Of a stretch of DNA of 39,298 bases, positions 1 through 11,287 are shown in pieces. The notes under the pieces were generated by a model, which did not search any database, was not told the origin of the DNA, and saw only the letters and a program-made list of their open reading frames with translations. The number at the start of each line of letters is the position of its first letter. Position 1 is the stretch's first letter. A program made the translations under genes and the position numbers. Source of the stretch: Octopus bimaculoides. Its lineage: Eukaryota. The stretch lies in contig NC_068983.1 of the NCBI RefSeq assembly GCF_001194135.2, forward strand, positions 58,442,011 to 58,481,308, read 5' to 3'.

Positions 1-53
<53 letters not shown>

Positions 54-60
54 AATAATA
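1..60. repeat. (ACT)n/(AAT)n microsatellite
   Basis: Direct trinucleotide repeat at the window start. Confidence 0.95.
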
Positions 61-194
61 ATTAACAACAAACAATGCCAGAATGTCAAGAACAACAACA
101 TTTAGATTAGAGTAAAACAAGAACAAAAAAATTGAATTGTTATAATTAACTTTCAACGAAATTGTTATGACAAAGTAAAGAAAGCAAAGTTAAA

Positions 195-440
195 ACATGC
201 ACCCACACACACATACATACACGTTCATACACACATACATACAACACATACAAATAAACACATGCATACACACACAAATATGCACATTCATACACACACA
301 TATATACAACACTTACAAATAAACACTTACGCACATAGCCACACAAATATGCACATATGTGCACATTCATACACACATACATAGAACACATATACAAATA
401 AGTACTTATGCACATATACACACAAATATGCTCGTGCGTG
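195..440. repeat. Imperfect (CA)n/(TACA)n microsatellite
   Basis: Degenerate CA-rich tract; explains ORF 146..421. Confidence 0.9.
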
Positions 441-579
441 TATAGTTACACAGACACATGGATACATAGAACTAGACTCGAAACTGAATAAAGAATTTAA
501 TATTTTGAGTTAATCGTTTTCCTTTCCAACGAGCTTCAAGTGATTTTCTTCTTCGTTCTCTGCTTCCTTCAGGTAAATA

Positions 580-1100
580 NNNNNNNNNNNNNNNNNNNNN
601 NNNNNNNNNNNNNNNNNNNNNNNNNNNNNNNNNNNNNNNNNNNNNNNNNNNNNNNNNNNNNNNNNNNNNNNNNNNNNNNNNNNNNNNNNNNNNNNNNNNN
701 NNNNNNNNNNNNNNNNNNNNNNNNNNNNNNNNNNNNNNNNNNNNNNNNNNNNNNNNNNNNNNNNNNNNNNNNNNNNNNNNNNNNNNNNNNNNNNNNNNNN
801 NNNNNNNNNNNNNNNNNNNNNNNNNNNNNNNNNNNNNNNNNNNNNNNNNNNNNNNNNNNNNNNNNNNNNNNNNNNNNNNNNNNNNNNNNNNNNNNNNNNN
901 NNNNNNNNNNNNNNNNNNNNNNNNNNNNNNNNNNNNNNNNNNNNNNNNNNNNNNNNNNNNNNNNNNNNNNNNNNNNNNNNNNNNNNNNNNNNNNNNNNNN
1001 NNNNNNNNNNNNNNNNNNNNNNNNNNNNNNNNNNNNNNNNNNNNNNNNNNNNNNNNNNNNNNNNNNNNNNNNNNNNNNNNNNNNNNNNNNNNNNNNNNNN
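580..1100. other. Assembly gap (521 N)
   Basis: N run abutting a (TA)n tract of a SINE-B copy. Confidence 0.98.
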
Positions 1101-1210
1101 TATATATATATATACACACACATACACACACATATGTATTTATACAACAGGCTTCTTTCAGTTTCCATCTACCAAATCTACTCACAAGGCTTTGGTTGGC
1201 CTGAAGTTAT
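1101..1210 (-). mobile_element. SINE family B fragment
   Basis: ggcttctttcagtttccatctaccaaatctactcacaaggctttggttggcctga matches the reverse complement of the copy at 12772-13160. Confidence 0.85.
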
Positions 1211-1432
1211 AAAGAATAAAGTGTACTGGATTTCAGATAAGTTTTCTTGATATGAGAAATGTCTAAAACCTTAAAAGTATTTAGAGATTCTATTAGAGCG
1301 ATTATATATTAGAAAGTAAAAGCAGGAAATATTACATTTAAAAAAAATCAAAAGAAGATAGTCCATAATATAAATAATATTGTATTAATAGATAAATATA
1401 TAAAGTGTGATTATTTAAAAAGGTTTCAGATA

Positions 1433-1526
1433 TCTTATGACAGCTTTTCATGAAACTATAACCTTTCGAAATGAAATCCAAAATTGATAATTATTATTAG
1501 GTAATACATCCACTCGTCAGAGAAAA
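1433..1526 (-). ncRNA. Degenerate type I hammerhead motif in a probable Penelope-like remnant
   Basis: Minus strand: ttttct CTGACGA gtgga..(long loop)..ttcat GAAA agct g TC ataaga. Core present; C15.2 missing and stem I/II mismatched. Confidence 0.5.
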
Positions 1527-1764
1527 GGATGAATTTCCATGTAGTTGAACGAATGAGAGAGATGCTAATTAAAATCGTATGATAAAGATGTTGTTTAAAA
1601 AGTTATTAATATAGTTGTGTATTGGTACAAACTTGGGCTGAAAATTTTGAAAAAATAATATAGATTCATGGAAAAATCCTTTGTAGTAATCCATAATGGT
1701 TGTGGGCAGAGAGAAGTCCAATAATTCCTTTTCTCTTCAGTATGTAATCCATAAGTGTAAAGAA

Positions 1765-2790
1765 TTATTACCCACAATACAAGGTGACATTATAAGGTGG
1801 AGACAAAAAGAAAACGAATGTAAGGGATGAATAAAATACTGAATGAAAATGAAAACTGAAATGAAGCCGTTCAGCCCCACCACTGAGTGACTTCATTTAA
1901 CCTGTTATTACGACTTTAAAACACAGTTAATCTTCGTCCTTCTGAAGAATATCTGAAGGTGTGGCTTCCTCCCTGCTTACGGGCTTTTCTTTGGCCTTTA
2001 TGGGCGGTAGAGGACAGTCTGCTCTAACGTGGTCTTTCTGGTCACATTCGTAGCATCGCAGTATCCTGCCTCCACTCTGACTCTGAGTGTCACATCTTCT
2101 ATGCTTTCGAGGTCCACTGGGGCTGCCTGGATTACCATGTCCAGGCTCTGCCCTTCTCAGTTCTTGTGTGCTGTTCTTGTGGCTTGCAGGGCCACCATCT
2201 TTTCTACATTGACGATCAGTACAGAAGCTACTAGCCTGGCTACATGAATCTCAAGTGGTATAAATTCTACCCTAACCCTGGAAGCACGTCTCCCAAGGTA
2301 TATGGGTAGAAGTACCATTTCTTCCATCTTTAAGAGTGTTGCAGTTTGTAGCCTAGCAGTAGCAACCTCACAGAACTGCACCTTCACCATTCCAAACTTC
2401 CTTCCTCTGGCAAGGTAAGAAATCTCTTGGCAGATTGTTTTTAAACTTTTTTGATTTGCACGGTCGACATGATTTCCATTTTCTTTGTTTTTACAGATTA
2501 TGTCCTGTATATGATAGTTCTCTTCTTGGTTGCTTTTAAACCTTCTTGGGGAGGGGACACCTTTACATCGCACCCCTCCCTATGAATCGTGTTCTTATAT
2601 TTGCTTAGTTCCGATAATTTAATTTTGTTGCTGTAGCTCTTGGCCGCTGCAGCAAAATTTTTTTTCTTCTCCTACATTTGTCCCTCTATTACATTCACAA
2701 ACCTCAGTAGTTCCCCCTCGGAAGACATAAGTTCCTAGGGACTGAGGTTTCCATACTCCATCCATAACACCAGTGCTACCCCCTTTGAAG
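1765..2790 (-). mobile_element. L1/Tx1-type non-LTR element remnant (ORF1 plus a short 3' region)
   Basis: Disrupted gag-like ORF1 followed about 160 bp later by a T-rich tract ending ttttgtctcc..ttgtgggtaataa, similar to the LINE 3' end at 21435. Confidence 0.6.
1927..2677 (-). pseudogene. Disrupted LINE ORF1 (gag-like nucleic-acid-binding protein with CCHC zinc knuckle)
   Basis: Reconstruction: M*EKKKNFAAAAKSY...KRTIIYRT*SV...LPIYLGRRASRVRVEFIP...HKN*EGQSLDMVIQAAP...RVE(fs)RILRCYECDQKDHVRADCP. C-x2-C-x4-H-x4-C lies at 2014-2055. Three stops and two frameshifts. Confidence 0.8.
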
Positions 2791-2974
2791 AAGGAGGAAA
2801 GTGTCCACAATCTGCCATAAGACACAATGTAATCAGACATCAGGAATTGCATTTTGAAAAGTGATAATGTAACTCTTCAATGCTGTAAAAGAAAGAATTG
2901 TTAGAATAAAACGTTAGAGTTAACGACTGTCAAACTTGGTGCATAAGAAAATCAGACATTTCATTCTTAATGAC

Positions 2975-3125
2975 CTGATATATAGGCAGATATACAGACT
3001 GATATACAGGTAGATATAAAGGTAAATATAGAGGTAGATGTACAAGTTGATATACAGGGAGACATATTGGTAGATATACTAGGTGGATGTACAGGTGAGG
3101 TAAGCTGTAGATGTAGACAACAAGA
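2975..3125. repeat. Degenerate approx. 12-bp tandem repeat (tagatatacagg-like)
   Basis: Repeated gatatacagg/gatgtacagg units. Confidence 0.7.
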
Positions 3126-3259
3126 TAGTGATAGCAGAAAAGAGTGATGAGCAAGATGAGAGAAAAGAGGGAATCTGTGTAGAGTGTGTGTGAGCGTGTG
3201 TCAAAAATCACTGAGAAAGACGGTTAGAGAAAGACAAACTGAAAGTAGGATGACAATGA

Positions 3260-3730
3260 GTCAATGAAAGTGAGAGAGAGAGAGAGGATGAGAGGGAGTG
3301 AGATAGAGTGAAAGAAAGAGAGAAATAGTTTGTGTCTATATGTATGTGAAGAAAATTATAAGCAGAGCAAAGAAGGAGAGAGAGAGAGAGAGTAAGGGAG
3401 GGAGTGAGATAGAGTGAAAGAAAGAGAGAGATAGTTNNNNNNNNNNTGTGTCTATATGTATGTGAAGAAAATTATAAGCAGAGCAAAGAAGGAGAGAGAG
3501 AGAGAGAGTAAGGGAGGGAGTGAGATAGAGTGAAAGAAAGAGAGAGATAGTTTGTGTGTGTATATGTATGTGATGAAAATTGTAAGCAAAGAAGACAAAG
3601 AAGGAGAGAGAGTGTAAGAGAGGGAGTGAGATAGAGTGAGGGGAAGAGAGGAGAAAGGTAGAGAGAGAGAGAAAAAGAAAGGTAGAGAGAGAGAGAAAAA
3701 GAAAGGTAGAGAGAGAAATCAAGTGAGAGA
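3260..3730. repeat. GA-rich minisatellite with approx. 106-bp unit
   Basis: Unit tgtgtctatatgtatgtgaagaaaattataagc...gatagtt at 3331, 3447 and, diverged, 3553; a 10-N gap separates the first two. Confidence 0.8.
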
Positions 3731-4742
3731 GAGAAAGTATGAGGAAAAATACTGGGAGATAAATAGAGTGAGAAAAAGAAAATGACAATATCTGGGGAGA
3801 GAGAAAAAAGGTGGAGAATAAACTTCGACAGAGAGAAGCATAAGAGATGTTAACATCTAAGGAGAGAAAGAAAGAAAAGTGAAAGAAAGAGAGTATGTGT
3901 ATGTGTGTGTGAGAGAGAGAAGATCAAAACAGTTGGAACAAGTTAACATTGTAATAATTTTGTTAAAATGCATGATTAAATGAAAATCATAAAACTTCCC
4001 ACTTTATAGCTTTAAAAATAAAAAATAATACACCCTGTTTGGTCTGCCTAAACCAAACAAATCATATTGTTTTGCTATTAAATTTCAAATTTTTTCATTA
4101 ATATCACAGTAGAAAAAAACAAAGCAAACCATTATAATTTCTGTTTTTTCCCCCACCCACCCAACTTTTGTTAATGCAGTTTAGCTATAAATGAAATCTA
4201 ATTAACCATCTTTGTCCTTTTAAATCTTCTTTCTTGTTTCTGACTAATAATAACTACTACTTGAATGAAAATTAGTGATGCTAATAAATTACACCCTGCT
4301 TAGATGTACTTTGACGGTTAACTCCTTCCTTTTGTAATTAGCAGTAATAACTTGATTGTTATTAGCCATAATAATAATAACAATAATAATAATAATAATA
4401 ATAATAATAAGTCTTTATTATAATCACTATATTTTGACTTCAAAATTTCACAACTATCTTCGTCTTATCATCAAATGTATTGGAGTTAGTAACTCATTAT
4501 TGTTATCGTCATCGTCATTATTGTTGTTGTTGCTGTTATTATTATTGTTATTATTATTTGATATTTTACAGTTCTCTGTGAAGTAACTTTTTTTCCCCCA
4601 AAATCTCTCTAATTCAGCATCTCTGTTTAATATTTAAATAGATGAGCAAAAGTTTTTGACTTTCGATATTAGCAAAGATTCTAATAATTCTATCAAATGT
4701 TTGGAATATTATTAGAATTTCTCAATATCTTTGCATTCTGTT

Positions 4743-4912
4743 AAGGTGGTGAGCTGGCAGAATCATTAGCAAATCAGTGAAATACTTAGCAGCATTTTAT
4801 AGGTGTTTACTTTCTCAGTTCAAATTCTGCTTCGGTTGACTTTGCCTTTTATCTATTTGGGGTTGATAAAACAAGGACCAGATAAGTTCTGGGGGTTGAT
4901 ACAATTGATGTA
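4743..4912 (+). mobile_element. tRNA-related SINE family A
   Basis: A-box tggcagaatcatt, B-box gttcaaattc, body gttgactttgccttttatc..ggttgataaaa. Confidence 0.85.
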
Positions 4913-4914
4913 CT

Positions 4915-5280
4915 ATTCGAGTATGACCAATGCCACCTGACTGGCACGTAAAAAGCACCATTCGAGTGTGACCAATGACAGTACCACCTGACTAGCACCC
5001 ATGCCGGTGGCACGTAAAAAGCAGCATTTGAGTATGATCAATGTCAGTGCCACCTGACTGGCCCCAGTGCCACTCTCTTGGAGTGGTTGGACCTGACTGG
5101 CCCCAGTGCCACTCTCTTGGAGTGGTTGGTGTAAGGAAGGCCATCCAGCTGTAGAAACCTTGCCAAATCAGATTGGTGCCTGGTGCAGCCTCCTAGTTTG
5201 CCAGTCATCAGTCAAATCGTCCAACCCATACCAGCATGGAAGGCAGACGTCAAACAATGATGATGATGATTATTATGATG
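4915..5280 (+). mobile_element. SINE family C (internal gccacctgactggc/gcacgtaaaaagcac tandem units, AGGAAGGGCATCC motif, (GAT)n tail)
   Basis: Shared 3' region ccaacccataccagcatggaa..gacgtcaaacaatgatgat recurs at 14805, 16935, 31735 and 34115. Confidence 0.8.
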
Positions 5281-5283
5281 TAG

Positions 5284-5870
5284 NNNNNNNNNNNNNNNNN
5301 NNNNNNNNNNNNNNNNNNNNNNNNNNNNNNNNNNNNNNNNNNNNNNNNNNNNNNNNNNNNNNNNNNNNNNNNNNNNNNNNNNNNNNNNNNNNNNNNNNNN
5401 NNNNNNNNNNNNNNNNNNNNNNNNNNNNNNNNNNNNNNNNNNNNNNNNNNNNNNNNNNNNNNNNNNNNNNNNNNNNNNNNNNNNNNNNNNNNNNNNNNNN
5501 NNNNNNNNNNNNNNNNNNNNNNNNNNNNNNNNNNNNNNNNNNNNNNNNNNNNNNNNNNNNNNNNNNNNNNNNNNNNNNNNNNNNNNNNNNNNNNNNNNNN
5601 NNNNNNNNNNNNNNNNNNNNNNNNNNNNNNNNNNNNNNNNNNNNNNNNNNNNNNNNNNNNNNNNNNNNNNNNNNNNNNNNNNNNNNNNNNNNNNNNNNNN
5701 NNNNNNNNNNNNNNNNNNNNNNNNNNNNNNNNNNNNNNNNNNNNNNNNNNNNNNNNNNNNNNNNNNNNNNNNNNNNNNNNNNNNNNNNNNNNNNNNNNNN
5801 NNNNNNNNNNNNNNNNNNNNNNNNNNNNNNNNNNNNNNNNNNNNNNNNNNNNNNNNNNNNNNNNNNNNNC
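5284..5870. other. Assembly gap (587 N)
   Basis: N run. Confidence 0.98.
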
Positions 5871-6275
5871 AGTTGTCAAACGATGTTGGGGTGACAAACC
5901 AAACATAGACACACAAACACATATATATATACATATATACGACGGGCTTCTTTTAGTTTCCGTCTACCAAATCCACTCACAAGGCTTTGGTCGGCCTGAG
6001 GCTATAGTAGAAGACTCTTGCCAAAGGTGCCACGCAGTGGGACTGAACCCGGAATCATGTGGTCAGTAAACAAGTTACTTACCACACAGCCTTTAGTCGA
6101 ATGAATCACCCCCTAGGACTCATTCTTTGTAAGCCTAGTACTTATTCTATCGGTCTCTTTTTGCTGAACCACTAGTTGACACAGATCTAAACACACTAAC
6201 ATCAGGTGTCAAGCGATGTTGGGGAGACAAACACAGACACACAAACCTATATATATAGATAGATATTTATTTATA
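5871..6275 (-). mobile_element. Two head-to-tail SINE family B copies
   Basis: 5871-6090 holds the 5' half including the tRNA-like head; 6091-6275 holds the 3' half of a second copy. Confidence 0.85.
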
Positions 6276-6765
6276 TAGATAGGGTGATAAATTGAATATT
6301 AATTCAATTTAAAACTAAGTCGCCTAGCATATAAAAAAATATAAAAATTCAGAAAAAATTGTACTACACGTGTATAAGGGATGACCACTAGGTGGACATC
6401 AAATATGCTAGAAAGAGGTCATCAACGACCCAACCACGAAGAAAAATAATGTTCTCCAGAAAAATTTCGCAAAAACACCAGAACAGGACAAAATGAGAAA
6501 TATACAGAATAAAGAATTATCTATGGACTGCAGTTTCGAACATTAACATTTTGCTTACATAATAACATCCGGGTTCTCATCAGCATAGACGTTCTAGAAT
6601 CAATATAATTTGCAGAACTATACACGAATTGTCTTCATGAAATAAGTCTTGCATATAGTTCTGCCGATTACATTGGGGCTATTTTTCAAAATGCCTCAGC
6701 TGTGGCGCACAAAATTCCGGAAACGATTCTGCAGAGAATAATTCACTGCAGTATATGTTGCTGGC
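6275..6765 (-). mobile_element. Probable Penelope-like element terminal-repeat (pLTR) remnant
   Basis: Non-coding segment carrying a minimal hammerhead and an upstream 14-bp hairpin (6612-6664). The PLE assignment is inferred from the ribozyme type. Confidence 0.6.
6520..6589 (-). ncRNA. Minimal type I hammerhead ribozyme motif
   Basis: Minus strand: TCTATG CTGATGA GAAC [31 nt] GTTC GAAA C tgca G TC CATAGA. Full core, 6-bp stem I, 4-bp stem II, palindromic ACTGCAGT stem III/loop. Confidence 0.85.
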
Positions 6766-6900
6766 TGGTACTTATTTAATCGACCCCAAAAGGATGAAAG
6801 GCAAAGTCGACCACTTCAGAATTTGAACTCAGAACGTAGCAGCAGACGAAATACCGCTAAGCATTTCGCCCGGCGTGCTAACGTTTCTGCCTACTTGCCG

Positions 6901-6903
<3 letters not shown>
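6766..6903 (-). mobile_element. SINE family A
   Basis: gtcgacc..gaatttgaactcagaacg..aagcatttcgcccggcgtgctaacgtttctgcc; followed by (TG)n 6903-6978. Confidence 0.9.
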
Positions 6904-6981
<78 letters not shown>

Positions 6982-6989
6982 CCATACAT

Positions 6990-7318
6990 GAGGTGAAGGC
7001 ATGTGGCTTAATAGTTAGGGTATTCAGCTCCTGATCCTTAGGCTGTGAGTTCGATTCCTACTGGCAGTGTTGTGTCCTTGACCAAGATACTTTATTTCAC
7101 GTTGCTCCAGTCAACTCAGCTGGCAAAAATGAGTCATACCTGTAACTCAAAGGGGCCAGCCTTGTTACACTCTGTGTCATGCTGAATCTCACTGAGAACT
7201 ACATTAAGGGTATGCATTTCTGTGGAGCACTCAGCCACTTACATGTTAATTTCAGGAGCAGTCTGTTCTGTTCATCGGATCAACTAGGACACTTATCATT
7301 GCAACTGACTTAATGCCA
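6990..7318 (+). mobile_element. SINE family D (tRNA head, CORE-like domain, approx. 200-bp tail)
   Basis: Head gtggcttaatagtt..gagttcgattcc; gtgtccttgaccaagatacttt..ctcagctggcaaaaatgag resembles the CORE domain; tail shared with 18526 and 22800. Confidence 0.8.
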
Positions 7319-7339
7319 GTTTTATCTGTGTATGAGTAT

Positions 7340-7343
7340 CTGA

Positions 7344-7394
<51 letters not shown>

Positions 7395-7650
7395 CGTGTG
7401 TGTGAGAGAGAGAGAGAGAGTATGTGTTTGCATGTGTGTGCATGCGTGTGTGTGTGTGTGTGTACATATTTGTGTATGTTGTATGTAGTGTGTGCGTGTA
7501 TGTGTTCATATACCTTTGTGTCTATAAGCTCATGTATGTATATAATCTCCATATGTACATCTGTGTGCACATATGCTATTCTATGCATGCATTTCCACCA
7601 ACACCCCTCTCTCTTTCTGTTGCTCTCTTTCTCCTTCCTCTTATTCCCCC

Positions 7651-7690
<40 letters not shown>

Positions 7691-7700
7691 ATCTATTTCT
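7340..7700. repeat. (TG)n, (AG)n and (CT)n microsatellite complex
   Basis: Direct dinucleotide runs. Confidence 0.9.
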
Positions 7701-8159
7701 CTCTCTTTCCCTCTTCCTGCAATTCCAATAAAAATTTAGTGAAATCCACCAACAACAAACCTCCCACAGTTCAACTCTTTTCACCAACCATAAAACAAAC
7801 ATATAAAACCAATTATATCTCAGAGGAAATTCCTTAAAAACAATACAGAAGGACATAAAGAGCAAAAATTAAAACTCATCAACTTGGTTCATTTGAATTT
7901 AATGATGGTCTTCCATAGTTTTACATTTCTTCTTATTATAGTTTGTCATTAAGGTTGTTGTTGTCATCGTTGCTGTTTTTGTTGTTGTATTTTATTGTTG
8001 TTATTATTTTATTTTTGGTGTCATCGCCTTTGTTATTACAGCTATTGTTCTTGTGATTAATGCAGTTGCCGTTATCATGTTTGTTTCTGTAATTGTTGCT
8101 GCTGTTGTTGTTGTTGTTATTGTTGGTGGTGGTGATGACAAGGTTTTGTGGTTATGTGG

Positions 8160-8197
<38 letters not shown>

Positions 8198-8355
8198 AAT
8201 TTTCCTTTAAGGGAATGGTTTTATTTATTTATCATTAAAATTAAGAACTTAAATTTTACAAATTTACAAATAAAAAAATTTACATGAACTAGCAAAACAA
8301 AACTTGTTTCGAGGTAAAAATAATACAATCTTGCAGGAGGAAATAAATATTATTT

Positions 8356-8384
8356 CAACAACAACAACAACAATAATAACAATG

Positions 8385-8472
<88 letters not shown>
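8356..8472. repeat. (CAA)n/(TAA)n microsatellite
   Basis: Direct repeat; forms the 5' flank of a Dong/R4-like fragment. Confidence 0.95.
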
Positions 8473-8473
<1 letters not shown>

Positions 8474-8474
<1 letters not shown>

Positions 8475-8791
8475 CAACTGTGATAAGGAAGAAAGAAAAG
8501 TCGATAGATATGAGAGGTTAGCTTTGGAGGTTAAGAAGTTGTGGTCGATGAAAATGGTGGTAGTAGTACCAATAATTGTCGGAGCCCTGGGAACAGTGAG
8601 TAAAAATCTTGAGAAGTACATGGAACAAATAGGGGCTGCAATAAGAGTGGAGCACTTGCAGAAAACAGCACTGCTTGGAACTGCTTGAATACTCCGGATG
8701 GTGCTCAAAAATAGGGGTGTTACTTTAGTTCATTGCTAGTGAACAGCTGACACTGTAGTACATCTCCAGCATTAGAAGCTGTGCAAAGGCT
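8474..8791 (+). mobile_element. R4/Dong-type RLE non-LTR retrotransposon, 3' fragment (family 1)
   Basis: EERKVDRYERLALEVKKLWSMKMVVVVPIIVGALGTVSKNLEKYMEQIG..LQKTALLGTA*ILRMVL; (TAA)n on both sides. Confidence 0.85.
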
Positions 8792-8807
8792 ATAATAATA
8801 ATAATAA

Positions 8808-9478
8808 GTAACTGCAAAATAAGTGGAAATGGACAAGAAACAATAAATCATGTTGTGTCTGGCTGCCCAGTCCTGGCTAAGAAAAAATATATTCACAGAC
8901 ATGACAGAGTTGGGACTTACATACACTGCAAGCTATGCCAACACTATGGAATAACAACAGAATAAAGATGGTATAGGTACATGCCAGAAAAGGTCACAGC
9001 AAATGAGAGAGCAACCACACTATGGGATATGCAAAACACAAAGATAGAGAAATTAAGGCCAATAGGTCAGATATAGTTGTCAGAGATCATCAAGGAAAAC
9101 ATGCTTTCTAATTAATGTATTAATACCAACAGATGACAATGTTTCTCTAAAAGAAATGGAGAAACTTTCAAAATATAAAGAGCTGGAAATAGAGGTAACT
9201 TGAATGTGAAGTCTAAAACCAGAGACAATTCCTCTCATAATAGGTGCATTAGGTATAATAAAAAAATATTCAGACAAATACATAACAAAAATACCAGGAC
9301 TAACAAGTATATATAACATACAGAAAATAGCTCTACTTGGCACCGCACACATCCTATGTAAAACACTTTCAATACAGTAACCATAAGAGCATCACAGTCA
9401 ACTACAGCACATACCTAAGGCACGCAGAGCTGCACCCGGTCGTGCAGTGAAAGCACATTATAAAAATAAAACTACTGA
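8808..9478 (+). mobile_element. R4/Dong-type RLE retrotransposon, 3' fragment (family 2)
   Basis: CKISGNGQETINHVVSGCPVLA..HRHDRVG (degenerate CCHC), then ANRSDIVVRDH..CFLINVLIPTDDNVSLKEMEKLSKYKELE..IIGALG..IQKIALLGTAHIL; stop at 9378-9380; TAA flanks. Confidence 0.9.
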
Positions 9479-9518
9479 ATAATAATTATAATAATGCTAA
9501 TAATAATAATAGTAATAC

Positions 9519-9612
9519 TGGGACCTAAGTGAAATGAAAAATTAGATAGAAAAACTAGGAAATTATTAACAGCATACCAAATCCCCCACCCAAATGCAGA
9601 TATAGACAATCA
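9519..9612 (+). mobile_element. R4/Dong-type RT C-terminal (thumb) fragment
   Basis: WDLSEMK(fs)LDRKTRKLLTAYQIPHPNADID, matching the LDRKTRKLLT..HP..D.D motif; begins directly after TAA repeats. Confidence 0.7.
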
Positions 9613-9744
9613 TTTTGTCCAATGTAGTTATGATTCTGCTAGCTTGCTACTTTTACAAGAAGAGGGAGGAGAAGAAAGTGCTATCATGTATCATTGTTTC
9701 AAGGCAGTGAGCTGCCTTGATAATAAGAACAACAATTATATAAA

Positions 9745-10065
9745 AAAAAATTAAGAAATACAATCCCTTAAAATTTGAAATTGCAAGAATTTGGAATATG
9801 CAAAGTGTAAGGGTTGTGCCTATAATAGTTGATGCATTAGGAATCGTAAGTAAAGGTATAGACAAATGATTGAAGGAGATTAGAATGGAATGTCCAGTAG
9901 AGCTTCTACAACAAGTTTATCCCTCAAGGATAAGAAAGATTAAACGAATGGTTTTATGCACTTGAAAAATTATTGAAAGCTTATGGATCCCTACAGGTTA
10001 CAGGTGAGAAACCAGATAAATTCTACCTGGGACATGACCAAATCAGAGTCAAATCATGTAATAAT
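9745..10065 (+). mobile_element. R4/Dong-type 3' fragment (family 3)
   Basis: KIKKYNPLKFEIARIWNMQSVRVVPIIVDALGIVSKGIDK*LKEI. Confidence 0.8.
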
Positions 10066-10074
10066 GATTTGACG

Positions 10075-10305
10075 TTTTGACCCTTGGTCAACAATTTTTA
10101 GGAGGGGGTTAAGCCAATTTCACAATTTCATCGACCCCCGTTCCCCCCTCCCAGTACTCAACTGGTATTTATTTTATCAACCCCGAAATGATGAAAGGCA
10201 AAGTCAGCCTTGGTGGAATTTGAACTCAGAATATAAAAATCCACAAGAAACACCATTAAGCATTTTGTCCAATGCAGTAATGATTCTGTCAGCTTGCTGC
10301 TTTTG
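10075..10305 (-). mobile_element. SINE family A
   Basis: gatgaaaggcaaagtcagcc..gaatttgaactcagaa..aagcattttgtcc..gattctgtcagct. Confidence 0.85.
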
Positions 10306-10424
10306 TGATGATAACAGTGAAGATGATGATGATGATGATAGAAGAACAACAACAATAACAACAGCATCAACAACAACAGCAGCAATATTATTATCTTCAT
10401 CATTAAAGTGCTTTGGCAATTCTG

Positions 10425-10860
10425 TAGGCACAGAAATGAAAGTCCTTAAAACAATAAAGTGGGGTCATTATGAGACTTTCTTGTGCAAAGAAAAAGGAAA
10501 ATAATGGACAACAAGGCAAATACTGCAGTCGTTGATAAGAAGAACAAAGTGTGTTCTTGTAAATGATATGGTATGTCCATTTGGTACGAGAATTAAGGAC
10601 AAGAATAAAAAGCAAGGAAAGGAAAAATGCTGAATGCTATATAGATTTGACGTACAAAATTCTTATCTGCTGGGATAAAAGTTCACAAGGTGATGATTTG
10701 GTTAATTATCAGAAAGATTTTTGGAAATATGACAAAGGATTTGAGAGAAAATCAAGGAAAGCTACATCTTAATCTGGAACTGGCTGCAAAGCAGAAAACC
10801 TGTTTTAAGTGGTTGAGCAAGAATCATTTGGGAAGTTCTTGATAAAAAGTATGAACAGAT
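10425..10860 (+). mobile_element. Highly degenerate R4/Dong-type RLE fragment (family 4)
   Basis: Frameshifted DFLVQ..DNKANTAVVDKKNKVC..NDMVCPFGTRI..Y.DLTY..FGNMTKDL..QKTC. Confidence 0.6.
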
Positions 10861-10999
10861 ATGAAGAACAACATAAAAGTTCTTTTATAGCAGAACAAGA
10901 ATGCTTTTCATCCAAGAGTGAGGGCTGTGGTTCTATATGATGCATAATTAAACTAATTACAGCATCAATACCGTGTAAGGCCAAATAAGAATAACTGCT

Positions 11000-11200
11000 T
11001 CGAAATTTTGGCACAAGGTGAGCAATTTTTTAGAGGAGGTGGAAAGTCGATTACGTCAATCCCTGAGCTTAATTAATGCTTATATTATCGATGCTGAAAG
11101 GATGAAAGATAAATTTGCCCTCAGCAGGATTAAGCTCAAAATGTAGTAAGTCAAAAGAAGTACCATCAGGAATTTTGTGTGATGCTCTAATGATTCTGCG
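11000..11200 (-). mobile_element. SINE family A
   Basis: Diverged copy ending at aggaattttgtgtgatgctctaatgattctgc. Confidence 0.75.
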
Positions 11201-11222
11201 ATGATGATGATGATAATAATAA

Positions 11223-11284
<62 letters not shown>

Positions 11285-11287
<3 letters not shown>

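Noticed and set aside
2790-2864. KCPQSAIRHNVIRHQELH, resembling a C2H2 zinc-finger end
   Set aside because: Only one Cys, C-x11-H spacing instead of x12, no neighbouring fingers, and an immediate stop.
3331-3552. Two identical 106-bp units separated by 10 N
   Set aside because: Likely an unmerged contig overlap rather than a recent biological duplication.
4921-5130. Short repeats with variable spacers (gccacctgactggc..) superficially like a CRISPR array; also 13526-13645 and 31750-31900
   Set aside because: Eukaryotic context, repeats are degenerate and internal to SINE or TIR elements, spacers are not unique or of constant length, and no cas genes are present.
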